NCBI GenBank assembly: GCA_964539615.1
Contig: CAZIJP010000002.1
Coordinates: forward strand, 1 to 59,681
Source: an uncultured bacterium
Lineage (GTDB): Bacteria; Macinerneyibacteriota; Macinerneyibacteria; Macinerneyibacteriales; CAYRFE01
Reading direction: 5' to 3'
DNA: 59,681 bases
Positions 45,649 to 54,726 of this stretch are shown here, one piece after another (the first letter of the stretch is position 1; each line of letters starts with the position of its first letter). The notes under the pieces are model-generated. The model made no database searches. It worked only from the letters and a program-made list of their open reading frames with translations, and was not told where the DNA came from. The translations under genes and the position numbers were made by a program.

Positions 45649-46823
45649 AACTGTTAGCCCCGGCCGGATCGTTTGAAAAGCTTAAATTGGCAGTAGCGTT
45701 CGGAGCTGATGCCGTATATTTCGGCGGCAAAGAATTCAGTCTGCGTGCCAGGAGTGGTAATTTTTCCGGTGATGAAGTGGTATCTGCTTTATCCTATTTG
45801 CATGAACGCGGGAAAAAAGGATATATAGCTGTTAATGTCTATCAACGTAATGATGATATTCCCGGATTGATCGATTATTTATCCTATCTACAAGAAATAA
45901 AACCGGACGGGATCATTATTTCCAACATTGGAATGCTTCGCTTAGTCAAAACCTATGCAAAAGATATTCCGGTGCATATCAGCACGCAGGCAAATATTAC
46001 CGATGTTGAGACTGCTCGTATGTGGAAAGATCTTGGAGCACGTCGATTGATCCTAGCGCGTGAGTTGTCTCTTGACGAGATCAGATTTATTGCTGCCAAT
46101 GCCGGGATCGATTGTGAAATATTTGTACACGGCGCCATGTGCATGGCTTATTCGGGTCGATGTTTTATTAGTAAATATTTAACCGGCCGTGATGCTAATC
46201 AAGGTGATTGCGCTCATCCGTGCCGTTGGGAATATTACGTGCGAGAAAAATCCCGAAAAAACGAACTGTATGAGATCGAAGAAGATGAACGGGGATTATA
46301 TTTATTTAATTCAAAAGATCTTATGCTATTTGATCATATTGCAGAGATATTAAAAGCAGGTATAGTTAGTTTAAAGATCGAAGGCAGGATCAAGGGAATA
46401 TTATACTTGGCTACAGTAATCCGCTCATACCGATTGCTGATTGATGCGTTAGAGACAGGATTAGTTCCGGAACCACGTTGGCGGGAATTGTTATTTGAAG
46501 CAAATAACAGAGGCTATCACGATGGATTTATCCTAAATGCAGACGGTTACGAGTCGAATCTGGGGTCATCTAAGGCTGCTGCTTCCTATGATCTTCTCGG
46601 TTATATTGATTATGACGGTGCAGTACTCTCAAAGGCCCCGTTCAAATGCGGCGAAACATATGGTTACCTTACCCCGGGAGCCGAAGAGGGGGAAGTGGCA
46701 ATCCTATCAATTCACGACGAAAAAGGGTTGATCACTGAACAAGCAAAGACCGATCGACGGTATGGCGTTACCTTTTCAAAACCACTACCGTTGTATACAG
46801 TCTTACGCTATGCCGTAGTATGA
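45636..46823 (+). CDS. Peptidase U32 family protein (YhbU/YrrN/O-like)
   Basis: 395 aa. 'IELLAPAGSFEKLKLAVAFGADAVYFGG', 'ISTQANI', 'ILARELSLDEI', 'EIFVHGAMCMAYSGRCFIS', 'CAHPCRW'. Confidence 0.88.
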   Translation: MEKIELLAPAGSFEKLKLAVAFGADAVYFGGKEFSLRARSGNFSGDEVVSALSYLHERGKKGYIAVNVYQRNDDIPGLIDYLSYLQEIKPDGIIISNIGMLRLVKTYAKDIPVHISTQANITDVETARMWKDLGARRLILARELSLDEIRFIAANAGIDCEIFVHGAMCMAYSGRCFISKYLTGRDANQGDCAHPCRWEYYVREKSRKNELYEIEEDERGLYLFNSKDLMLFDHIAEILKAGIVSLKIEGRIKGILYLATVIRSYRLLIDALETGLVPEPRWRELLFEANNRGYHDGFILNADGYESNLGSSKAAASYDLLGYIDYDGAVLSKAPFKCGETYGYLTPGAEEGEVAILSIHDEKGLITEQAKTDRRYGVTFSKPLPLYTVLRYAVV

Positions 46824-47107
46824 AAAAAATGAATTACATACATACCTTATTGCTGTGGTTTCTAATTATTTCAACGGTATTGTTTATTATCATACTTCGG
46901 GAACAACGTCTTCCGGTTGATAAAAGATGTGCCAGAGTTTTTATAAGGGTTAAAGAAAGAGCGATTTATGAAAAGGACCCGAACGGTTCTTTGGATCGGT
47001 TGTTGTTTAGCTATCATTTGTCACATAATGAGTGGGATAATTTTTTAGAAAAGATACAACGATCTCCTGATTTTCTTGATAATTACGGAGAATATTTGGC
47101 GGAATAA
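46820..47107 (+). CDS. Small hypothetical single-pass membrane protein
   Basis: 95 aa. ATGA overlap with the U32 gene. TM 'LLLWFLIISTVLFIIIL'. No recognisable family. Confidence 0.5.
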   Translation: MKKMNYIHTLLLWFLIISTVLFIIILREQRLPVDKRCARVFIRVKERAIYEKDPNGSLDRLLFSYHLSHNEWDNFLEKIQRSPDFLDNYGEYLAE

Positions 47108-47110
47108 ACT

Positions 47111-50100
47111 ATGTTATATCTTTTGGGGAGTGTTTTTGTTAGTTTCTTGTATGTTATGTTTCCGTTTGATTTTTTCCTGATAGTTTATGCAATATTCAGT
47201 ACTGTAGCGGTAATTCGTAAGGCTACTCGGTCGATGGGTGTATTGTTGACTCTAACCGTTCTATTATTTTCCATTATGCAGTATCACTTGCGTAATAATG
47301 AACAGTTTGTTGAAGATCGGTTATTCGAGTCAAAAAACGAAATTGCTCGTGAATATGAATTATTGAAAGAAAAAATCAATAATAACTGGAAAATCTTAAT
47401 TTCCAAGAATCGTTCTATGACCGATGATATCGGTTATCGGATATACTCGTCGGACGGGGCTTTGAGCTCATGGTCGGGAAGTGAGGATTTTGCACCATCT
47501 GAATTGTATCCGTTAACGCCAACGTTAGTATATTATAATAACGATATCAGTTTCCGTTTTTCTGTTATGGAACGAGGGAAAACATATTATATCCGGCATT
47601 ATATTACAGCCATGTATCCGTCACAAGATTCAAAGTCAATATGGCTTAAAACTTTTGAACGAAATAATGTTGTAGATATTTCATGGTATGTCACTCGCGG
47701 ACAGATGTATATCAATAAAGAAAGGATTTCTTTTGATGATATAAATATTGGAGAACATATTTTCTTCCGCGATACAAATGTTTTGTATACGAGGATAGAC
47801 GCCTCATTATTGCTAAAAATTACCTCTCCCAGCTTGAATACATATCTGAAAACATCAAGGAAAATGTTTTTCGGTATAACAGTGTTGATTTACTCCGTTG
47901 CCGTATTTTTACTGACGCACGGTCGAAAAAGGGCATTTCATGTTTCAACGGTTGCTTGTGCGATCGCGGCCGCTTTACCGCATCCGATAGTGATTATAGT
48001 ATTGCTTATATTGATATTGATCATAAATCAAGCTTATTTTAAACAAGAATTCGATCTTACACAGACCGAACCGATAAATTATGTGTTTGTTATCATGACC
48101 CTTACCCCTGTTGCTGCCGCTGCGTTACATATACTATCGGCTCATACGCTTATTGGCGCTTTTGTATTTGGCTTTTATTCCAGCGATTTTTTTGTATATC
48201 TTCTTGTCGGAATAGTTTTATTTCTATTAAGCTTTTTTTCAATGCCGCATGCATCAAAAGCTTTGCGTGAGGGATTATCGATAGCTTTTTTCATCGCCTC
48301 TCTTTGGATCTCACCTATAGTATTCTTATTTATTGTTATATCAGGCGTATTTGTATATTATTGGGGAAAAAAAACGTCGAAAAAATACATATTTTCAGTG
48401 ATGTTTTTTTTATTTACTGCATTTTTACTATTTTATCCTATATTGATCGTTCATAATTCGGAAATATCGAAAAAAAACATATTAAAACTGACTGCAAGAA
48501 TTGAACAAGAAGTGCAAAAAACAATAGATAAAAGCGTTGCTTTACTGAATAAGGATGAACAGGTTGTCTGGACATTGAATGAACGGATTCATTATGACGA
48601 TAATAATTTTGCGTTTTACAAATGGTCCCAAACGCCGTTAGCCGGAAAGAAATATCCTAATTTTTTATCTTTTCAGGACAATGACGGTGTTGCAATCAGC
48701 TATTTTGCTTATAAATGCGTCCCTGTACAAACGAATTTTATATCTACCTCAACAGTTACCGATACCGGCGATTTTTGGGTCAGAAAAATTCCAGTATTTA
48801 ATAATAATAAGGTGATCGGGGCTATCGTGATCGGGATAGCAAAAGATTTTTGGAAGTATGACCCTTCGTTTATCCCATTATTGTTTACCCGGAAAAATGC
48901 CGGTCTAGTTCTTTTTTCTTCAGATGCCGGTCAACTTCCGTCAACGCATCTCAGTGCACGATTTCTAAAAGATGATGATGATATTCTAACGGTATGGGTC
49001 AAAAAAGATATATTTATCATATCACGAACGGTGCTGATTTTTATCGGCATTTTAGCGGTGTTTGCCCTGTTTATGAGAACAACAACACGTACAAATCACG
49101 TGACCATTGACTTTCGATTGCGTATGATGATCATTGTTGTATTGTTCATGTCTGTACCTTTTGTATTCAGTTCTCTGCTTATAATAAACAATTATTCTTC
49201 ATCAGTAAAAAATATGGTCAATAAAGAGATGACCTCCGCTAAGGTTCGATTGGCTGAACAAATACAGGCAATCATTAAACAAAATGATCTTTCAAAGGCA
49301 TCTGGAATCACCGGCGCGTTAAAGATCGGCAATACTGCTTCGACGTGGTCGATCTATAAAGGCCCGAAGCGAATTGCATCATTTAATGAGGATAGTTACC
49401 GGTTAAATCTTCAGCGGGATTATTTACATGAATCATTGATCAAACAGATCATGTTAAAAGGTGAGGTATATGATTATTCGTTCAGTACAGGAACAGCAAG
49501 TATACTCTATACGGATCCTGAGACAAAATTGATAATAAAACTTTCTGTCAGTCTTGACAAAATGCAGCATGATGATTTTATAGATACCGTTATCGTGTTC
49601 ATGGTTATTAATATTATTTTGATCATTGGGATCATGAAAACATTCAGTTCATTCATTATGAATCTTATAAAACCGATGAATGAAATGATAATTGCTACAA
49701 AAGAAATATCGTATGGAGATTTTTCTAAGGAAATTGTAACACGTTCCCGTATTCCTGAGATAAATGTTCTTCTTGTCAATTTCAATACGATGGTTGCGAA
49801 ATTGAATGCATTTAAAAATAATCTCAATGAGACGCAATCATTCTTACGCGAGATCATAGGATCATTACCGGTTGCTGCTATGATCTATGATAAAAAACGC
49901 GGAATTACACTCTATAATAAAGATATGGAAGGGATAGCGCCTACTATTTCTGTGAATAAACAACCACAAGATGTTCTAAATTTTGTAATAGCGTTTTATC
50001 AGTCACAAATAACCGAATTACGGTACAACGGAAGAATATATCGTGTTACAATTCGTCATTTCAAATATGGTTATATACTTTTAGCAACCGATATAACTCG

Positions 50101-50827
50101 GTTCGTTGTGGCTGAAAAAGCTCAAGTATGGTTTGATTTGGCGCAAGAGATTGCTCACGAACTGAAAAACCCGTTGATGCCACTTGAATTTTCAGTCAAC
50201 AGACTGGAAAAAACACTATCGGGTATGAATCTTGATGAACATGTACGATCATCGGTCGATGAATTGTTGACGGTAATTCGTGAGGAAACTCATGCGATAT
50301 CCCTATTAGTTCAAGACTTTAAAGAAATGACCCAACGCAGTGAGGCAGATACTAATCCCCTGACGATCGCTGATGAACTTGATGTTGTCATTGCAGGATT
50401 CAAGCCGTATCCGATCTTCACGCATTTGTCAGATACGCTTCCTGTTGTGTATTTTCCCGTTAATAAATTTCATATGATCATTAAAAATATACTGAAAAAT
50501 GCTATCGAAGCCGATATTCAGGCAAAACCGATTGAAATTGCAGCATATTATGATACACTGTTGCCTGAATGGGAAACAGGCGAATTGGACCGTTCAAAAC
50601 ATTATGTTATCATCTCATTCCGTGATCAAGCCGGAGGGATACATTCCGAGTTGCGGGATAAATTGTTTGAACCGTTTTATTCGTCAAAAAAAGGCGGGAG
50701 CGGCTTGGGTTTATATATCGTGAAAAAAATAATGCTTGAATACGGTAACGACATTGTAGTAAATGTCCGGGAGAACATCGGGACTGATATCTATTTGATC
50801 TTTCAATCGGAGGATAATGAACAATAA
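47111..50827 (+). CDS. Very large polytopic sensor histidine kinase (NtrY-like C-terminal module)
   Basis: 1238 aa with at least 10 hydrophobic helices and three roughly 130-190-aa loops in the first 830 aa or so. HAMP-like 'IKPMNEMIIATKEISYGDFSKEI', H-box 'IAHELKNPLMPLEFSVNRL', N-box 'NILKNAIEA', G-boxes 'DQAGGI' and 'GGSGLGLYIVKKIM'. Confidence 0.88.
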   Translation: MLYLLGSVFVSFLYVMFPFDFFLIVYAIFSTVAVIRKATRSMGVLLTLTVLLFSIMQYHLRNNEQFVEDRLFESKNEIAREYELLKEKINNNWKILISKNRSMTDDIGYRIYSSDGALSSWSGSEDFAPSELYPLTPTLVYYNNDISFRFSVMERGKTYYIRHYITAMYPSQDSKSIWLKTFERNNVVDISWYVTRGQMYINKERISFDDINIGEHIFFRDTNVLYTRIDASLLLKITSPSLNTYLKTSRKMFFGITVLIYSVAVFLLTHGRKRAFHVSTVACAIAAALPHPIVIIVLLILILIINQAYFKQEFDLTQTEPINYVFVIMTLTPVAAAALHILSAHTLIGAFVFGFYSSDFFVYLLVGIVLFLLSFFSMPHASKALREGLSIAFFIASLWISPIVFLFIVISGVFVYYWGKKTSKKYIFSVMFFLFTAFLLFYPILIVHNSEISKKNILKLTARIEQEVQKTIDKSVALLNKDEQVVWTLNERIHYDDNNFAFYKWSQTPLAGKKYPNFLSFQDNDGVAISYFAYKCVPVQTNFISTSTVTDTGDFWVRKIPVFNNNKVIGAIVIGIAKDFWKYDPSFIPLLFTRKNAGLVLFSSDAGQLPSTHLSARFLKDDDDILTVWVKKDIFIISRTVLIFIGILAVFALFMRTTTRTNHVTIDFRLRMMIIVVLFMSVPFVFSSLLIINNYSSSVKNMVNKEMTSAKVRLAEQIQAIIKQNDLSKASGITGALKIGNTASTWSIYKGPKRIASFNEDSYRLNLQRDYLHESLIKQIMLKGEVYDYSFSTGTASILYTDPETKLIIKLSVSLDKMQHDDFIDTVIVFMVINIILIIGIMKTFSSFIMNLIKPMNEMIIATKEISYGDFSKEIVTRSRIPEINVLLVNFNTMVAKLNAFKNNLNETQSFLREIIGSLPVAAMIYDKKRGITLYNKDMEGIAPTISVNKQPQDVLNFVIAFYQSQITELRYNGRIYRVTIRHFKYGYILLATDITRFVVAEKAQVWFDLAQEIAHELKNPLMPLEFSVNRLEKTLSGMNLDEHVRSSVDELLTVIREETHAISLLVQDFKEMTQRSEADTNPLTIADELDVVIAGFKPYPIFTHLSDTLPVVYFPVNKFHMIIKNILKNAIEADIQAKPIEIAAYYDTLLPEWETGELDRSKHYVIISFRDQAGGIHSELRDKLFEPFYSSKKGGSGLGLYIVKKIMLEYGNDIVVNVRENIGTDIYLIFQSEDNEQ

Positions 50828-52124
50828 TAAAGCGGTTATTCTGGTCATTGATGATGAGAAAAATATTCGAAAAATGATCGGCATGGTAATCGCTGACATG
50901 GGACATGAATGCCGGGAAGCCGCTCATCCTTTGGAGGCGTTTGATCTGCTTGAAAAAGAAAAAGTCGATATAATTCTGTGTGATATAAAAATGCCGTATA
51001 TGGATGGTATGGAATGCCTGAAAAAACTGAAAACTACCTATAAAGATATTCCGGTTATTATGCTTACCGGACACGGAAGCATACAGACCGCTGTTGAAGC
51101 ATTAAAAATCGGTGCATGCGATTTTATGGAAAAAACATCTGATGAAGACGTTTTGAAAGAAAAAGTGGCAAATGCGATCAAATCGCGCGAATGGTCTTTG
51201 GTCAACTATACCGATGATATATTTGACGTTATCACCGATAAAAAAACGGTAAAAATCTTGCAGGAAGCGATTAAGATAGCGAAGACCGATGCATCGGTTT
51301 TACTGCTTGGTGAGAATGGTGTCGGTAAAGAGGTGCTCGCACGGCTTATTCATAAACATTCGTCGTATTCGTGCGGAGAATTTGTGGCGGTCAATTGCGG
51401 AGCAGTCCCTGAATCGCTTTTTGAATCGGAAATGATCGGTTTTGAAAAAGGCGCTTTTACGGGTGCTGATACAATGAAAAAGGGATTTTTTGAACGTGCA
51501 CATAAAGGTACGCTATTTCTTGATGAGATCACCGATATGCCGATGCGAAATCAGGCTTCTATACTCAGGATTTTGCAAGAAAAAACAATAATGCGTCTTG
51601 GTGGGAAAGAATCTGTTCTTACTGATTTCAGACTGATAACTGCGACAAATAAACCCTTGCCGATGCTGGCCGCTCAGGGTGTATTTCGGGAGGACCTTTA
51701 TTATCGCATTAATGTTGTCCAGCTAACATTACCGCCATTACGCGAGAGAAAAAAGGATATTATGCCGCTGGTATACCATTTCCTTTCGACATTATGTAAG
51801 CAATATTCTTTGGACCAGAAATCAATTCATCCTGAGCTGGAAAAATATCTTCTTACTTATCCATGGCCCGGGAATATCAGAGAGTTGCGTAATTTTATCG
51901 AACGTCTTCTGATAATTACAGAAGGATCATATTTATATTATGATGACGCGCATTTTATGCATACTTCATTGAATCTTGATTCGTTTCTTGCATCACAGGA
52001 GAAAGAACTTTTATCAAGGATTGTTTCCCTCACAGGAAATAATATCGAAAGAAGTGCGCGGATACTCGGTTTGAAAATTGATGATCTTGAAAAACGATTG
52101 GAGAACTATGAGATCGTTCTTTAG
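50817..52124 (+). CDS. Sigma54-dependent response regulator (NtrC/NtrX family)
   Basis: 435 aa. REC 'VILVIDDE...IILCDIKMPYMDG'. AAA+ 'GENGVGKEVLARLIH', 'EKGAFTGAD' (GAFTGA), 'LFLDEI', 'ATNK', 'WPGNIRELRN'. C-terminal HTH 'NNIERSARILGL'. Overlaps the kinase gene by 11 nt. Confidence 0.92.
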   Translation: MNNNKAVILVIDDEKNIRKMIGMVIADMGHECREAAHPLEAFDLLEKEKVDIILCDIKMPYMDGMECLKKLKTTYKDIPVIMLTGHGSIQTAVEALKIGACDFMEKTSDEDVLKEKVANAIKSREWSLVNYTDDIFDVITDKKTVKILQEAIKIAKTDASVLLLGENGVGKEVLARLIHKHSSYSCGEFVAVNCGAVPESLFESEMIGFEKGAFTGADTMKKGFFERAHKGTLFLDEITDMPMRNQASILRILQEKTIMRLGGKESVLTDFRLITATNKPLPMLAAQGVFREDLYYRINVVQLTLPPLRERKKDIMPLVYHFLSTLCKQYSLDQKSIHPELEKYLLTYPWPGNIRELRNFIERLLIITEGSYLYYDDAHFMHTSLNLDSFLASQEKELLSRIVSLTGNNIERSARILGLKIDDLEKRLENYEIVL

Positions 52125-54726
52125 TTTTATTATGGTTATATTTTTTACAACAGGTATTATTAACGCTCAAATGCCTCGATTCGGTGCAAAATCAACACAG
52201 CTGAATCCGCGGGGAATATCATCCGAAACATGGAACGGTGAATATTCCGTTTTACTAATTCGGGTTGAGTTTCAATCTGATACCGATGCAACTACATACG
52301 GTAACGGGACATTCAGTTTACGTACCGTCTCGCAGAGAATACCATCCCGTATGGATTATTTTACCGTATTTGAGCAAGCAGAAGTTGACGAAGAGTATGA
52401 GTATGAGAATGGATCACCGGTCCATACATATTCATTGACTGATTATTTCAAAGAAGTTTCAGGAAACCGGTTCAATTTATCATCATATACATTGACGGAT
52501 ATCGTGTCTCTTCCGCATTCGATGTCGTATTACGGCGGGAATGACGATTCTGTGATGAATTACGCACGGCTTGTATCTGATGCTTTAAATGCTGCTTCTA
52601 TATATTCAGGCGCAAGTTATGATTTTGTTGTTATTTTACATGCCGGTGCCGGTGAAGAGAGCGATGCGCAAAGCCAATATCCAAATGACATTGCATCAGG
52701 TGTCATTACGGCGGAAGAATATTATGAAAAAACTGGCAGTACTTTACAATTTGGAAGTACTATGCTTAATACGGTGATAATTCTTCCCGAAACGGAAACT
52801 CGAGATACTGCAAATCGAGGATTGCTCGGTCCTTGTGCATATACGTTCGGACAGGCTATGGGTATGCCGTTGATGTTCAATGCAGACGGGAATTCTTCTG
52901 GATTGGGACTTTGGGATTTGATGGCATATGGTTTTTGGAATTATAACGGATTTGCGCCGATGCATCCGTGTGCATATACGAAGATACTCATGGGATGGTC
53001 CACGATAGAAACAATTGACCGCAACGGAAATTATGATTTACCTGTTTCATCATCGGATTATTCCGCATCATCATGGAACGGTAATACATATTTTAAGATC
53101 CCGATACGTGAATCCGAATATTTTTTAATAGAATACAGAGAGCGTCGGGGTATCGAGAAGTTTTTTGAAATCGGTTACTCGGTCACGGAACTTGGCAATT
53201 CGTTGAGTGGCAAGAAGGTAATACGAGAAAACTCAATTCCCTTAGGTGTTATGGTCTATCATATTCGCGAAGATGTGATTTCAGCTCATCCCGGCATGCC
53301 CATACAAGGGACTCTCAAGGGAATTGATATCGAGGAAGCTGACGGTTTTAACGATCTTGACAAACCCTGGGGGCAAACAGGCAGCATGGGGGATCTCTAT
53401 GATTGCTTCGGCGACGATCCTGAGCGTGCATTTAGGTTTACCCGTTTTAATTCCCGAACGACTCCGTCTTCACTGGATGATTTTTCACGATATACCGGTA
53501 TTACTTTTACGGTACATTGTGATACAGCAGCATTAGAAGCGCGCATAGCCGTTTCAAACGAACGTTTTGACCTCTATCCGATGAGTTATGAAATTGCAAT
53601 TATTCCGGGCAATTATTTTCATAGTAATGGGCATTCTGTTGTTAGCAACGATTCAGGAGAAACGCTTATTACATATCCTATTGACGAGAATGTGATCAGT
53701 ATTTTTGATGATCTTATTTTTACAACGAAAAGGATAATTCGATATCCCGATGTATCAAGTGCATTGTACACATTCGGTTTTGATGCTGAAAAAGTTTATA
53801 AAGACGGTCAACAGTGGTATGTAATCGGTGAAAGCACAATTGCGGTGTTTTCCGATGCAGGTTCCTTTATTGATAGTATCACTTTTTCCGATGCCGAATA
53901 CGCCGTTAAAAACGGTGTTGACTGGTATATTCGAAAAGGGAGCGCATGGTATGATGCTTCAAACACCTTTCGATTTAACGGAACATTGCTATCGATCAAC
54001 AAAGGACATGTTTATGTTCTAAGCGGCGTAACAGTAACTGACGCCACAACGGTTAATCACACTACGGTTTTTACAGTACCTGCAGGATGCAGGGATATTA
54101 TGGTCACTGATTTTAACGGTGATGGCGTATCCGAATGTATTACTGCTTATTCTGATTATATTGGGGTAGTTACGGTAAGCGGATCAGAGATATTACATGT
54201 TCCGGTTTCAAATGTATCTTTTATGACACTTGGGGAAGACATGCAAGGAATTTTCCTATTTTATGTCGGCGATACAGTTGGAAAGTATTATCTTAAAGAA
54301 CATTTTGTAAGAGAATTTTCCATTACCGGTACTATAGAAAAAGTTCGGGTGACCGACGGTGAGTTATTTATTACAACAAATCAAGAGTTCTATGGTTTAC
54401 CTGGATTTAAGGCAGGTCGATATGGAGTTCAATGTGAAGACATACAAGTAGTATTCACCCCGCCACAATCCGCAGATGTAAAAATTTATCCGAATCCTGT
54501 AAAAAATGGCACACTGCATCTCAGCTTTTTAAGTAAGACAATCGGGAACGGAAAAGCAACAATCTACAATGCGCGCATGCATATTGTAAAGACAATTGAA
54601 TTTTCTGTCGCGATGGGTGAGAACATTATTGAATGTGATGTTCATGACTTGAAGATCGGCACATATATTGCATTAATTGCAGTTGACGGAATTAATAAAA
54701 CAATTAAGCTTAGTAAAACCGAATGA
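52108..54726 (+). CDS. Secreted M6 (immune inhibitor A)-like domain protein lacking the HExxH motif, with an FG-GAP-like segment and a T9SS (Por) C-terminal sorting domain
   Basis: Start ATG 52108 gives signal peptide 'MRSFFSFIMVIFFTTGIINAQ'. M6-like blocks: 'YSVLLIRVEFQSD', 'DYFKEVSGNRFNL', 'FVVILHAGAGEE', 'LWDLMAYGFW', 'PCAYTKILMGW'. The position expected for HExxH reads 'AYTFGQ' (52840-52854). 'TDFNGDGVSE' is FG-GAP-like. The C-terminus 'VKIYPNPVKNGTLHLSF...IGTYIALIAVDGINKTIKLSK' is a T9SS CTD. Confidence 0.75.
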   Translation: MRSFFSFIMVIFFTTGIINAQMPRFGAKSTQLNPRGISSETWNGEYSVLLIRVEFQSDTDATTYGNGTFSLRTVSQRIPSRMDYFTVFEQAEVDEEYEYENGSPVHTYSLTDYFKEVSGNRFNLSSYTLTDIVSLPHSMSYYGGNDDSVMNYARLVSDALNAASIYSGASYDFVVILHAGAGEESDAQSQYPNDIASGVITAEEYYEKTGSTLQFGSTMLNTVIILPETETRDTANRGLLGPCAYTFGQAMGMPLMFNADGNSSGLGLWDLMAYGFWNYNGFAPMHPCAYTKILMGWSTIETIDRNGNYDLPVSSSDYSASSWNGNTYFKIPIRESEYFLIEYRERRGIEKFFEIGYSVTELGNSLSGKKVIRENSIPLGVMVYHIREDVISAHPGMPIQGTLKGIDIEEADGFNDLDKPWGQTGSMGDLYDCFGDDPERAFRFTRFNSRTTPSSLDDFSRYTGITFTVHCDTAALEARIAVSNERFDLYPMSYEIAIIPGNYFHSNGHSVVSNDSGETLITYPIDENVISIFDDLIFTTKRIIRYPDVSSALYTFGFDAEKVYKDGQQWYVIGESTIAVFSDAGSFIDSITFSDAEYAVKNGVDWYIRKGSAWYDASNTFRFNGTLLSINKGHVYVLSGVTVTDATTVNHTTVFTVPAGCRDIMVTDFNGDGVSECITAYSDYIGVVTVSGSEILHVPVSNVSFMTLGEDMQGIFLFYVGDTVGKYYLKEHFVREFSITGTIEKVRVTDGELFITTNQEFYGLPGFKAGRYGVQCEDIQVVFTPPQSADVKIYPNPVKNGTLHLSFLSKTIGNGKATIYNARMHIVKTIEFSVAMGENIIECDVHDLKIGTYIALIAVDGINKTIKLSKTE

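Noticed and set aside
50610-51074. 154-aa minus-strand ORF spanning the HK1/RR1 junction.
   Set aside because: It is antisense to two strongly supported genes (HATPase G-box and REC domain). It is an AT-rich shadow ORF.
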